This document shows, piece by piece, positions 13,794-21,177 of a stretch of DNA of 49,370 bases. The position numbers and the translations under genes are program-made. Source of the DNA: a virus. The notes under the pieces are model-generated. The model was not told where the DNA came from. It ran no database searches and saw nothing but the letters and a program-made list of their open reading frames with translations. The number at the start of each line of letters is the position of its first letter. Position 1 is the stretch's first letter. The DNA lies in IMG/VR virus record IMGVR_UViG_3300048909_000032. One strand, 5' to 3'.

Positions 13794-13988
13794 CTAGATC
13801 AGGTTGGCGGGCGCCGCTTCGCGAAAACGGGAAGGGCTCCAGTCGCAAGCTTCGTCGGCAGGGATATGGCCGAACATCATCGTGCAGCGCTTGCAGTGCA
13901 CGCAGTCGCCGCAGGTCTTGCCTTCCGGCAGGTTCATCGCGTCTTCGTTTGTGGCTGATCGCGGGTATGGCTTTCTTTGCTCACTCAT
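13794..13988 (-). CDS. Small Cys-rich protein, 64 aa
   Basis: GKTCGDCVHCKRCTMMFGH...CDW cluster of cysteines. Confidence 0.55.
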   Translation of the reverse strand: MSEQRKPYPRSATNEDAMNLPEGKTCGDCVHCKRCTMMFGHIPADEACDWSPSRFREAAPANLI

Positions 13989-14001
13989 GACTTACTCCTT
14001 C

Positions 14002-14130
14002 TCAGGCGATATACCCGCCCGGCATAGTGGTGATAACGCGTTGCGCAACCGGCGCCTGCATCCGCCCCTTGGCGCAGTCGTGCAGATCGGGGCGAGCCTT
14101 CTTGACGGTCTTGCGTGGGGTGGTTGGCAT
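14002..14130 (-). CDS. Micro-ORF, 42 aa, basic
   Basis: Own translation MPTTPRKTVKKARPDLHDCAKGRMQAPVAQRVITTMPGGYIA. Strong SD GGAGGAATC before ATG 14130. Confidence 0.4.
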   Translation of the reverse strand: MPTTPRKTVKKARPDLHDCAKGRMQAPVAQRVITTMPGGYIA

Positions 14131-14236
14131 GATTCCTCCGGTATGCGTCCGTAATTAGTCCTTTCGGCTTGCGACAGCGGCTGTTAGTGCCGCCTTCTTT
14201 CCAGTGCGAGGGCTTTGGCTTCCATGGCGAATCCCC

Positions 14237-14341
14237 TTAAAGGCCAAACAGCGCGCTGATGCTGCGAATCCAGGACACCGGAACGAGCAGCGCGAACGCC
14301 AGGCCGGCCGACATGCAAATGACACCTACGTAACGTTTCAT
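14237..14341 (-). CDS. Micro-ORF, 34 aa, hydrophobic peptide; first gene of the leftward operon
   Basis: Own translation MKRYVGVICMSAGLAFALLVPVSWIRSISALFGL. Its SD ACGGAG lies inside the palindrome at 14350..14367. Confidence 0.35.
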   Translation of the reverse strand: MKRYVGVICMSAGLAFALLVPVSWIRSISALFGL

Positions 14342-14349
14342 GCGTGCTT

Positions 14350-14367
14350 ACTCCGTAATTACGGACC
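14350..14367. promoter_or_regulatory. Operator-like palindrome ACTCC-GTAATTAC-GGACC (core TCCGTAATTACGGA is a perfect 14-bp palindrome)
   Basis: Read directly. It overlaps the SD of the first leftward micro-ORF and belongs to the AGTCC-N8-GGACT family. Confidence 0.5.
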
Positions 14368-14430
14368 TGCGTCCGTGGTCGATTCTTTCCCGCTGCGGCC
14401 TCTCTCAAAGCCACACTGGTGAAAGGTGTT

Positions 14431-14466
14431 CCCAGGCCCGCTACTGGCGACGGCCTGGGTTTATTG
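14431..14466 (+). other. Strong hairpin followed by a T-rich tract (terminator-like) inside the ORF-free control region
   Basis: cccaggcc-cgctactggcgac-ggcctggg then tttattg: an 8-bp GC-rich stem. Confidence 0.4.
14437..14453 (+). repeat. 17-nt direct repeat, copy A (cccgctactggcgacgg)
   Basis: 16 of 17 positions match copy B at 14705..14721, which lies 268 bp away. Confidence 0.7.
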
Positions 14467-14704
14467 CTTCAGCGGTGTTGGCCAGTTGCCCGCTGCTGAT
14501 TGCAGGTCTGGCCGGTCGTCTTCGTGGGTGGGCTTCGAGCTTCCTACTCATGGCGTCAATCAGCATCTGTTCGCCATGGATCACAGGTCCTTACAACATG
14601 CACGCTACAGCTCTGAATGCCCGATTTAGTGGGGCAGGGTGCATGAGGTCCGGCGTTCCCAGCCGAGGCTATCGGGATCACTAATTCAAATCTGTTCGCC
14701 GCAA

Positions 14705-14721
14705 CCCGCTACTGGCGTCGG
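14705..14721 (+). repeat. 17-nt direct repeat, copy B (cccgctactggcgtcgg)
   Basis: See copy A. Confidence 0.7.
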
Positions 14722-14929
14722 TCACTGGCTTGAATCTTCTGTCATTCCAGCCGCGGGCCTTTCGGCTTATCTCCCGCTGGATAACTGTTCTTGGCGTTTT
14801 ACGCTGCACACCCGGGTCAGTTGCCAACCCTCTGAACCGTTAAGGCCGGTTCATCGCTGCCTTTGAATCTGGGCCGGTGGTTATCCGGCAGAGATGTTGC
14901 GGTGTAACTAAAGATCGTTTTGCCATCGC

Positions 14930-14947
14930 AGTCCCTGTGTGTGGACT
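14930..14947. promoter_or_regulatory. AGTCC-N8-GGACT operator copy
   Basis: agtcc ctgtgtgt ggact, with perfect 5-bp inverted arms. Confidence 0.55.
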
Positions 14948-14972
14948 CGATGGAATGGACTTTACAGATCAG

Positions 14973-14984
14973 AAACGTAGCGCG
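14973..14984 (+). promoter_or_regulatory. AAACGTAGCGCG motif, copy 1
   Basis: The identical 12-mer also occurs at 16105..16116 and 25834..25845, always on the plus strand upstream of plus-strand genes. Confidence 0.5.
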
Positions 14985-15050
14985 CAAGTCCTTTTGTAAA
15001 ATATTTTTCAACTCGGAAACGCAGGCGACGGACGGACCAATAATGGACCA

Positions 15051-15088
15051 TTGCGCAATTGTTTCGGAACGGCAATAATGGCCGAAAC
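15051..15088 (+). promoter_or_regulatory. Candidate rightward early promoter flanked by inverted repeat GTTTCGG-N14-CCGAAAC
   Basis: TTGCGC (15051), 17 nt, AATAAT (15074). The inverted-repeat arms at 15061..15067 and 15082..15088 bracket the -10. CAATAATGG occurs twice (15038, 15073). Confidence 0.4.
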
Positions 15089-15104
15089 CAGCACAGGAGG
15101 ATTT

Positions 15105-15359
15105 ATGGCAGACCTGAAAAAAGGCTTTAAAGGGCCGAAGAACGATGCACTGATGAACTGGCTGGAATTAGCCACCGATGCGCAGGTCAAAGCGACCGGC
15201 GCCTCGCGCAGCCACTTGCGCCTGATCGCCTACGGGCACCGCAAAACAGCCCCCGAATATGCGGCTATGATTGAGGCAGCGACTCAGGGACTGATTACGC
15301 GCCAGCAGCTTCGCCCGGATGACTGGAAGGTGATCTGGCCGGAGCTGAAAGCAGCATGA
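15105..15359 (+). CDS. Cro / YdaS-like small HTH regulator, 84 aa
   Basis: AGGAGG lies 5 nt upstream of ATG 15105. ...ATGASRSHLRLIAYGHRKTAPEYAAMIEAATQGLITRQQLRPDDW resembles the YdaS/Cro family ending (T.G.VTR..LRPD). Confidence 0.6.
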   Translation: MADLKKGFKGPKNDALMNWLELATDAQVKATGASRSHLRLIAYGHRKTAPEYAAMIEAATQGLITRQQLRPDDWKVIWPELKAA

Positions 15360-15411
15360 AACACGAATCCGGGTAAAGACCCGGCAAATACCCACTGACT
15401 AGGTAACCCCT

Positions 15412-15618
15412 ATGGCATACGATGACAAAATCCACCGGCATGACCGGCAAGTGAAGATCATGCTCAACACGGGCATCTTCGATGACCTGCGCGACGTGGC
15501 TGTGGCCAACGGCCTGCAACACAGCGTCCTCGCTCGCGAAGTGATCGAAGCCTTCCTCAAGGCTGTGGAAGAAACCGGCAAACTCCCCCTGGGCCTGGAT
15601 CAAAGAAAACGCGCCTGA
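15412..15618 (+). CDS. Ribbon-helix-helix (CopG/Arc-like) protein, 68 aa
   Basis: RQVKIMLNTGIFDDLRDVAVANGLQHSVLAREVIEAFL matches the beta-alpha-alpha RHH pattern. Confidence 0.6.
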   Translation: MAYDDKIHRHDRQVKIMLNTGIFDDLRDVAVANGLQHSVLAREVIEAFLKAVEETGKLPLGLDQRKRA

Positions 15619-15635
15619 TCACGTAATTAAGGACT
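15618..15635. promoter_or_regulatory. Half-site copy of the operator family (atcac-gtaattaa-ggact)
   Basis: The right arm and spacer ATTAAGGACT are identical to the late-promoter copy. The left arm is degenerate. Confidence 0.35.
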
Positions 15636-15643
15636 AATACAAG

Positions 15644-15901
15644 ATGCCCGGAAAAAATGCAGTTGTGATGGACTTCAGCGCTTCTTCTCAGCAGAGACTG
15701 GAGCGCATAGCGTCAATGTTGGGCATTACCGTGGATGATCTGGCCGACGCGGCTCTGACCATCGGCCTACCGGGCATCAAGCAGGCGCTGCAAAGCGCCT
15801 GTGATACCAGCCCCGTGGAAAAGGTTCAGGTGGGTGGCGTGATGGCCAATGTGGTGTGTTTGTGGAGCAAGCAGCCGATCGCCAGGGAGGCCAGTGGCTG
15901 A
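15644..15901 (+). CDS. Hypothetical protein, 85 aa
   Basis: Track ORF with AAGGAC upstream of the ATG. Confidence 0.5.
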   Translation: MPGKNAVVMDFSASSQQRLERIASMLGITVDDLADAALTIGLPGIKQALQSACDTSPVEKVQVGGVMANVVCLWSKQPIAREASG

Positions 15902-15907
15902 CCGCGA

Positions 15908-15925
15908 AGTCCGTAATTCTGGACT
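15908..15925. promoter_or_regulatory. AGTCC-N8-GGACT operator copy
   Basis: agtcc gtaattct ggact, immediately after the stop of 15644..15901. Confidence 0.55.
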
Positions 15926-15964
15926 GGTTCCCAAAGTGGTAGGAAAGATGCACAATCAGCAGGC

Positions 15965-16013
15965 AAAAAAAAGCCACCTGGCGGGTGGCTTCTCAACAAC
16001 GTCTAACTATGTG
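15965..16013 (-). ncRNA. Predicted leftward sRNA of about 50 nt ending in a strong intrinsic terminator
   Basis: Minus strand cacatagttagacgttgttgagaagccacccgccaggtggctttttttt: GCCACC/GGTGGC stem plus T8. It lies 7 nt downstream of the promoter at 16020..16047. Confidence 0.4.
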
Positions 16014-16019
16014 GACTTC

Positions 16020-16047
16020 ATTGTATGAACATTGCTCAAAATTGCAA
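16020..16047 (-). promoter_or_regulatory. Candidate sigma70 promoter on the minus strand (TTGCAA-N16-TACAAT)
   Basis: -35 at 16047..16042 and -10 at 16025..16020. It is followed by GAAGTCC-N8-AGACG, an imperfect operator copy placed as at the late and phaZ promoters. Confidence 0.45.
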
Positions 16048-16079
16048 TACCTCCGTTCGTCTTCTCAAAGGTGAACAAT

Positions 16080-16119
16080 CCGCGCCACAAAATGCGACAA
16101 ACGAAAACGTAGCGCGGAA
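16080..16119 (+). promoter_or_regulatory. Conserved leader element, copy A (CCGCGCCAC...GAAAACGTAGCGCGGAA) ending 7 nt before ATG 16127
   Basis: Aligns with 25808..25848. CCGCGC and GCGCGG can pair as a stem. Confidence 0.5.
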
Positions 16120-16126
16120 AGAAACA

Positions 16127-16801
16127 ATGAACAGCATCGACTTGCTAGATCTGGTCAATGCTGCCCGCCTTGAATTCGGTGAAAGCGAGGTCCGTCGCTC
16201 GGACTTCACCGCTCGCTGCAAGGATGAGCTGTCCGGCGAATACTACGAAACTTTCGTAGTTCATAATTTGCGCGGACCAGCCTCGGAAGCGCTAACCCTC
16301 ACCCTCGATCAGTGCATGCTGGTTTCAATGCGCGAGTCGAAGTCCGTCCGCCGGACCGTCCTGCAAAAGCTCAAGGATATAGAGAAGCCTCGCGAACTTT
16401 CCCGCATGGACCTTATTCAGCTTGCCTTGGCTGCCGAACAGGAAAAGCTTCAGATCGCCGCCGAGCGTGATCAAGCCGTCGCCACCAAGGCCGAGATTGG
16501 AAGTCGCCGCGAAGCCACCGCCATGGCCACCGCCTCATCCGCCGTAAAGCGCGTCAACAAACTTTTGGGCGAACTGGGCCGAAACGCCAAAGCCGCAACC
16601 GTCATTGCCGTCGAGAATGCAGGCAGCAGAAATTTCGGTAGCCAGGGCTTTCGACCACTCAAGAAGTGGTGCACGGCCAGGGGTATTTCTCCGGACAAGG
16701 TTCCATGCCCAAGGTTTGGTTATGCCGTTGCATGGCCGGCTCAAGCATGGCTCGACTGCTACGACATTGACCTGAGCGTCGTGTTCGGGGGTGAAGCATG
16801 A
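16127..16801 (+). CDS. Phage regulatory protein, Rha/antirepressor-like (tentative)
   Basis: Start moved to ATG 16127 (MNSIDLLDLVNAARLEF...). LTLDQCMLVSMRESKSVRRTVLQKLKDIE resembles the Rha-domain end. Coiled-coil middle. Confidence 0.45.
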   Translation: MNSIDLLDLVNAARLEFGESEVRRSDFTARCKDELSGEYYETFVVHNLRGPASEALTLTLDQCMLVSMRESKSVRRTVLQKLKDIEKPRELSRMDLIQLALAAEQEKLQIAAERDQAVATKAEIGSRREATAMATASSAVKRVNKLLGELGRNAKAATVIAVENAGSRNFGSQGFRPLKKWCTARGISPDKVPCPRFGYAVAWPAQAWLDCYDIDLSVVFGGEA

Positions 16802-17037
16802 GCACTCTCGACCCTTCTAACGTCATTGAGTTGCGCAACATCGCGCATGAACTGAAAACCTACAAGGTCGGAGGTGATCGCGAGCTTGGCCGCTTTCAAA
16901 AGGGATTGGCCTTGCGAATCCTGCAAAGCATTTCTGGCATCTGTAAAACCTGTGCCGGTGCTGGCGAGATCGGATGCCTTCGTCCTGATGGGTATGACTG
17001 CGAGCCATGCCCTGAGTGTGCGGAGGCGTCCCGATGA
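16798..17037 (+). CDS. Small zinc-finger protein (CxxCxGxG plus CxxCxxC)
   Basis: CKTCAGAGEIGCLRPDGYDCEPCPEC. ATGA overlap with the upstream gene. Confidence 0.6.
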   Translation: MSTLDPSNVIELRNIAHELKTYKVGGDRELGRFQKGLALRILQSISGICKTCAGAGEIGCLRPDGYDCEPCPECAEASR

Positions 17038-17843
17038 GCAAGAAGGACATCAACATCCAGAAGGCCACACCGACCGAACTGTTCGCCAAGAAGGCCCCGT
17101 ACAGCTCACTCAGCAATGATGTGGTGGCATCCATACGCAACCCTGATGCCTTGGCTATCTGGGTCTACCTACAGACCCGCTCGGGCGATTGGAAGGTAAT
17201 TGGCTCGTATCTGCAAACCCACTTCGACATCGGCCGCGACCGGTACCGCAAGGCTATGGCAGACCTGACGGCGCTGTCCCTGATCAGTCATGAATTGCAA
17301 CGTGATCCCGAGAACGGCCAGGTACTGGGCAAGCGAATCATCGTCCACTACGAGCCGAACATACAGGTTTCCGCACCTTCGGAACCTGAGGATTCACCGA
17401 ACATACAGGTTTCCCACTATTCGGCCGATCCACACTCTGGGGAAACAGCCCCCTACTTAATAAAGGATTCTATTACTGGATTATTAGAGGAAGAACCAAC
17501 GGGTGATAAATCACCCTCGCTGCCGCGCAAGTCGAGCAAGTTCGATCCAATCCCTGCCAAGCCCGCCAACGTATCCGCCGAGGCCTGGTCCGACTGGTGC
17601 CAACATCGCCGGGAGATCCGCAAGCCCCTGACCGCCAAGACCTGTGAGCAACAGGCCAAGGCGCTGCTGGCTCACTCATCCCCTGACGCCGTGATCAACC
17701 TGTCGATCAGCAACGGCTGGACCGGTCTATTCCCGGACAAGGTGCTGCCGACCAACAGCGTGGCATCGCGGCACAATGGCTTCGCTGGTCGCGACTACAG
17801 CGCCGGCCTTACCCCTCGCGAAGGGGGTGGCTATGCGTTCTGA
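17034..17843 (+). CDS. Replication initiator (lambda O-like role; wHTH N-terminus, DnaT-like C-terminus)
   Basis: ATG 17034 in an ATGA overlap. N-terminus ...LAIWVYLQTRSGDWKVIGSYLQTHFDIGRDRYRKAMADL; C-terminus WSDWCQHRREIRKPLT...SISNGWTGLF. Internal iterons and an AT-rich tract. Followed by the DnaC-like loader. Confidence 0.6.
   Translation: MSKKDINIQKATPTELFAKKAPYSSLSNDVVASIRNPDALAIWVYLQTRSGDWKVIGSYLQTHFDIGRDRYRKAMADLTALSLISHELQRDPENGQVLGKRIIVHYEPNIQVSAPSEPEDSPNIQVSHYSADPHSGETAPYLIKDSITGLLEEEPTGDKSPSLPRKSSKFDPIPAKPANVSAEAWSDWCQHRREIRKPLTAKTCEQQAKALLAHSSPDAVINLSISNGWTGLFPDKVLPTNSVASRHNGFAGRDYSAGLTPREGGGYAF
17355..17414 (+). repeat. Two perfect 18-bp direct repeats (ccgaacatacaggtttcc), 42 bp apart; putative origin iterons
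   Basis: 17355..17372 and 17397..17414. An AT-rich stretch follows at about 17455..17500. Confidence 0.5.
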
Positions 17844-18639
17844 AATCGTCACCCTGCCGAAAGCCACCGACCCGGGCACGGTCACCCGGGAAGCGCTGTG
17901 CGATGACCACGGCCCGTTCTCCCAGAAGACCATCAAGATTCTGAACAGCACGTTTGAAACTGAGTGCCCGTCCTGCGCAACCATCCGCAAGGAGGCCGAG
18001 AAGGCTGCGGAAATCGCGCAGGCGGCGCTTGAGGCGAAAATGCGCATGGAGCGTAAGCTTGGCTCCGCATTGATCCCCAAGCGCTTCGCAGAGCGCACGC
18101 TGGACGGGTACACCGTCGAGAACGAAGGGCAGAAGGAGGCGCTGCGGATCTGCCGCAAGTACGCCGCGGTGTTCCCTGAGATCTACAAGGCCGGTCGCTG
18201 CCTGCTGCTACTGGGGAAACCCGGCACCGGCAAGACGCACCTGGCCGTGGGCATTGCCAACGAGATCATGCGCACCTCGGCCTCTACCGCCGTGTACCGC
18301 ACTGTCGGCTCGCTCCTGCAAGCCATTCGGGGCTCCTACGACAAATCCGGCACGCAGAACGAGGCGCAGATCCTGGCCAGCATGATCGAGCCGTCCCTGC
18401 TGATCCTCGACGAGATTGGCGTCAGCAAGGAGAAGCCGAGCGACTTCGAGCTGACCACCCTGTTCGCCGTGATCAACGGCCGCTACGAGCAGCAACGCCC
18501 GACGGTGATCATCAGCAACCTGGACGCCGAGCATTTGCCGATGGCCATGGGTGATCGGTGTGTCGACCGTTTGCGGGAAGGTGGCGGGATCGCCGTAAAA
18601 TTCGATTGGGAATCACAGCGTGGGAAGGAGTTCTTTTGA
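17833..18639 (+). CDS. DnaC/IstB-like AAA+ helicase loader
   Basis: Walker A LLLLGKPGTGKTHLA, Walker B LLILDEIG, sensor PTVIISN. ATG 17833. Confidence 0.88.
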   Translation: MRSEIVTLPKATDPGTVTREALCDDHGPFSQKTIKILNSTFETECPSCATIRKEAEKAAEIAQAALEAKMRMERKLGSALIPKRFAERTLDGYTVENEGQKEALRICRKYAAVFPEIYKAGRCLLLLGKPGTGKTHLAVGIANEIMRTSASTAVYRTVGSLLQAIRGSYDKSGTQNEAQILASMIEPSLLILDEIGVSKEKPSDFELTTLFAVINGRYEQQRPTVIISNLDAEHLPMAMGDRCVDRLREGGGIAVKFDWESQRGKEFF

Positions 18640-19109
18640 TGACTACTGAAAAGATGCGTGAAGAGTTTATCGACTGGCTGGCCGACGTGCACGACCTTGA
18701 AAGCGAGTGGCAGGAAGAGCGGAACTGCTTCAAGGATTTCCCTGCGCACTTGGCATTTCAGGCTTGGCAGGCCTCCCGCGCGGAGCTGGTGATCGAACTG
18801 CCGAACTTCAAGCCGAAAGTAGTCCGTGGGCTTGGTGGCGGGAAAGTGCAGTTTGGTGTCACAGCTCAGGGAGCGCTCAACGAGTGCGTCTGCGTGCTGG
18901 AAATGGCCGGCCTGACGGTTAGGGTAGCGCCAAGGGAGGACCGTATTTTTATCCGAACTCCCCTGATGCTGGAGTGGGCCACGGCCTGCATGAAAGACAT
19001 GCAGATCCTGTGGCGGAGCGGATACCCGTCAGTTGTCACCAGCATCAATGGCGGCTATTGCGACCTGACCGAAGTTGTGTATGCCAAGCAATCGAAGGTG
19101 ACCCCATGA
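18639..19109 (+). CDS. Hypothetical protein, 156 aa
   Basis: ATG 18639 in a TGATG overlap, with GGAAGGAG upstream. Confidence 0.6.
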   Translation: MTTEKMREEFIDWLADVHDLESEWQEERNCFKDFPAHLAFQAWQASRAELVIELPNFKPKVVRGLGGGKVQFGVTAQGALNECVCVLEMAGLTVRVAPREDRIFIRTPLMLEWATACMKDMQILWRSGYPSVVTSINGGYCDLTEVVYAKQSKVTP

Positions 19110-19255
19110 ACCTCCTAGTCATGTCCAGCACTGGCCGTATGCAGTCCTCTTGGCTGAAGGTCAACCTGATCCGTATCGGCTTGTGGCGCCCTCAGATCTG
19201 CGATGACGCTACGTCGGATGGTCCGCACTGCAAGATTCGTTGGGGGATGAAATGA
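19106..19255 (+). CDS. Micro-ORF, 49 aa
   Basis: ATGA overlaps at both ends. MNLLVMSSTGRMQSSWLKVNLIRIGLWRPQICDD... Confidence 0.4.
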   Translation: MNLLVMSSTGRMQSSWLKVNLIRIGLWRPQICDDATSDGPHCKIRWGMK

Positions 19256-19641
19256 TGAGTCAGATGATCGAAGTGAATACCGCCGAACTAACCGGGCAGG
19301 CGCTGAATTTTGCCGTAGCAATCTCAGACGGCTGGTCGTGGGATGGCCAGAAAGGCTATGACGGCTATATGGCGGCAGCTTGGCTTTCCAAGGATGGCAC
19401 GAGAGAGCAATTTCAGAATTTTCGGTATTCATGCAGCTGGCACTTGGTCGGACAATTGATCGAGAAGTACCGCCTGGCATGGCAGTACCTTGAAGAGGAT
19501 GAGATTGAGGCGTGGGTTTTGGGAAAGTCAAAATCAACCGGCATGATTGGCGGCACCCAGATCATTGCTTCATGCCGAGCAATCGTGAAGCTAAAGCTCG
19601 GCGACACCGTTAAAGTCCCTGCCGAACTGGTGACGCCATGA
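19252..19641 (+). CDS. DUF2591 / NinX-like protein (paralogue of 2837..3196)
   Basis: ELTGQALNFAVA...SCSWHLVGQLIEKY...IIASCRAIVKLKLGDTVKVPAELV. Confidence 0.7.
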   Translation: MMSQMIEVNTAELTGQALNFAVAISDGWSWDGQKGYDGYMAAAWLSKDGTREQFQNFRYSCSWHLVGQLIEKYRLAWQYLEEDEIEAWVLGKSKSTGMIGGTQIIASCRAIVKLKLGDTVKVPAELVTP

Positions 19642-19814
19642 CCCCTCCCCAAGCAATGCAGGTCGCCCGCCTCCAGTCCCAAGGCTTCGCGCTGACCCAG
19701 GAACTCAAGGACGCCGTTCGGATGGTCAAGGGTGCGGATATTCGCATCGTGATGAGCGACGGAACGATGAAACGAGGACACCATGAGAGCAGGCCGCACA
19801 AGGAGAAGGTGTGA
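19638..19814 (+). CDS. Micro-ORF, 58 aa
   Basis: Own translation MTPPQAMQVARLQSQGFALTQELKDAVRMVKGADIRIVMSDGTMKRGHHESRPHKEKV. Coupled at both ends. Confidence 0.45.
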   Translation: MTPPQAMQVARLQSQGFALTQELKDAVRMVKGADIRIVMSDGTMKRGHHESRPHKEKV

Positions 19815-20329
19815 TGGGCAAAACATTCGCTGAAAACCTGATTTTGGCTAGATCCAAGACCGGCATGACACAAAAAGAACTGGCGCGGAAAAGCGGCTTG
19901 AGTACTCAGCAGTTAGCTGGGTATGAAGTTGGTGACTCCGGATCAATATCAAGTCCACCCCTAACGCACGTGATCAAATTGGCAAGCGTTCTCGGAATTA
20001 GCATCGATGATCTGGTTCCCATTCATAAATTCAATGCTGAACCATCTCTGGCGAACCTGATCGCCGAGATTGACCGCCTGAAATCCGATCTGCGTGAGTC
20101 AGAGGATCTGGTTGAGCATCTGCAGGACAAGCGGACCGAGCTGCAGCGGGAGGTTGAGATGCTGCGCAAGGCTGCCGGAGATGCATCTGCCGAACTGTAC
20201 AAGGCCGTCGGCTGGATCTGTCGGGAAGTCGAGGCCGGCACCAAGTCAGCGACCCACTGGGCAATCCGGCTTGGTAGCAGCGCCAAGGTGCTAGAGGCAG
20301 CCATTGCCAAAGGGGGCTCCAATGGCTGA
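19814..20329 (+). CDS. XRE-family HTH protein with C-terminal coiled coil
   Basis: FAENLILARSKTGMTQKELARKSGLSTQQLAGYEVG...LASVLGISIDDLV. No S24 peptidase domain seen. Confidence 0.75.
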   Translation: MGKTFAENLILARSKTGMTQKELARKSGLSTQQLAGYEVGDSGSISSPPLTHVIKLASVLGISIDDLVPIHKFNAEPSLANLIAEIDRLKSDLRESEDLVEHLQDKRTELQREVEMLRKAAGDASAELYKAVGWICREVEAGTKSATHWAIRLGSSAKVLEAAIAKGGSNG

Positions 20330-20792
20330 TAAAATCAGCGTCAACAGCCAAGCCAAGCTTTCCGAGGCGATCACCTGCCTGACAGCCATGTACCGGGAGA
20401 AGAGGTTTGTTGTCGTCTCGCTGCGGCCCGGCAAGGATCGTACCCTTGATCAGAACGCCCTATGGTTCGCCCTGTACAAGCGAATTGCGGAAATGACGCA
20501 GATAGGCGATGTCGAGGACGCTCGCCGGTACTGTAAGCTGCACTTCGGTGTGGTGATCATGCGTGGCGAAAGCGAGGAATTTCGCGACGGCTGGAACCGG
20601 ATGTTCCTGCATCTGGAGTACGAGCAGAAGCTTGAGCTGATGGGGCCGTGTTCGATCTTTGGGCCGGATGGCTTCCCGGTGACGCGATTGTTCAACCGGG
20701 CGCAAGGAATTCTGTACACGGATCGCATCGTTTCGGAGTTCACGGGAAGGGGCGTTTTCTTCGGCGATTTGCTGAAAGAGGAAGCCGCATAA
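20322..20792 (+). CDS. ninB: NinB/Orf-family recombination mediator
   Basis: VVVSLRPGKDRTLDQNALWFALYKRIAE parallels lambda NinB ...RNRSLDQNRKLWACLGDVS. Confidence 0.65.
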   Translation: MADKISVNSQAKLSEAITCLTAMYREKRFVVVSLRPGKDRTLDQNALWFALYKRIAEMTQIGDVEDARRYCKLHFGVVIMRGESEEFRDGWNRMFLHLEYEQKLELMGPCSIFGPDGFPVTRLFNRAQGILYTDRIVSEFTGRGVFFGDLLKEEAA

Positions 20793-20817
20793 AATAGTTA
20801 CCAATCGGCAAAAAATA

Positions 20818-20847
20818 AGTCCCTAACCACGGACTATGCGCTATAAT
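20818..20847 (+). promoter_or_regulatory. AGTCC-N8-GGACT operator copy directly upstream of a TATAAT box
   Basis: agtcc ctaaccac ggact atgcgc TATAAT (20842..20847). The operator sits where a -35 would be. Confidence 0.5.
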
Positions 20848-20880
20848 CGCCTGACGAAAACGGACGTGAGGCAGGCGGTT

Positions 20881-21177
20881 ATGCGAGTAATTTCCAAAAA
20901 GCTCAGAGAGTCCGCAAGAGATCAATCTTGCACTCTGCGCCTAAGTGGCTGCCAGCATGATCACGGCGTCGTGCTGGCCCACCTTCCCTGTGGTCAGAAG
21001 GGTGTCGGGATGAAGGGTCCAGACGTAATTGCCTGTTTTGCCTGTGACCACTGTCACTCAGTCATTGATTCCCGCGTCCGCGGCGAATACACCGGCGCTG
21101 ACCTGCTGCGCGCCCTTGCTGAAACTCAAATGTACTGGATCGAGAAAGGCCTGATAACGGTCAAGGGGGCTGCGTGA
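20881..21177 (+). CDS. YbcO-like (DUF1364) putative nuclease
   Basis: RESARDQSCTLRLSGCQHDHGVVLAHL...KGPDVIACFACDHCHSVID...ETQMYWIEKGLI parallels E. coli YbcO. ATG 20881 was chosen because the track start 20836 precedes the TATAAT box. Confidence 0.65.
   Translation: MRVISKKLRESARDQSCTLRLSGCQHDHGVVLAHLPCGQKGVGMKGPDVIACFACDHCHSVIDSRVRGEYTGADLLRALAETQMYWIEKGLITVKGAA

Noticed and set aside
14340-14866. Track ORFs in the control region (14340..14684, 14426..14629, 14639..14866 on the plus strand; 14184..14414 on the minus strand)
   Set aside because: They have no SD. Their amino-acid composition is implausible (Cys/Arg/Ser/Trp-rich), they overlap one another, and codon third positions are not G/C-biased as in real genes here. 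The region is treated as non-coding.
14817-15011. 64-aa minus-strand ORF (TTG start) in the AT-richer part of the control region, considered as a possible repressor
   Set aside because: It has a non-ATG start without an SD and no HTH pattern, and it overlaps operator and motif copies. It is kept only as a remote possibility.
15369-15384. Hairpin ccgggt-aaag-acccgg after the Cro-like gene, considered as a terminator
   Set aside because: The stem is only 6 bp and no T-tract follows. It may be a weak attenuator, but the evidence is insufficient to call it.
15412-15901. RHH gene plus the following 85-aa gene considered as a toxin-antitoxin pair
   Set aside because: The second protein also looks antitoxin- or RHH-like (SSQQRLERIASMLGITVDDLADAAL) and has no RelE, ParE or other toxin motif. 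There is no support for a TA call.
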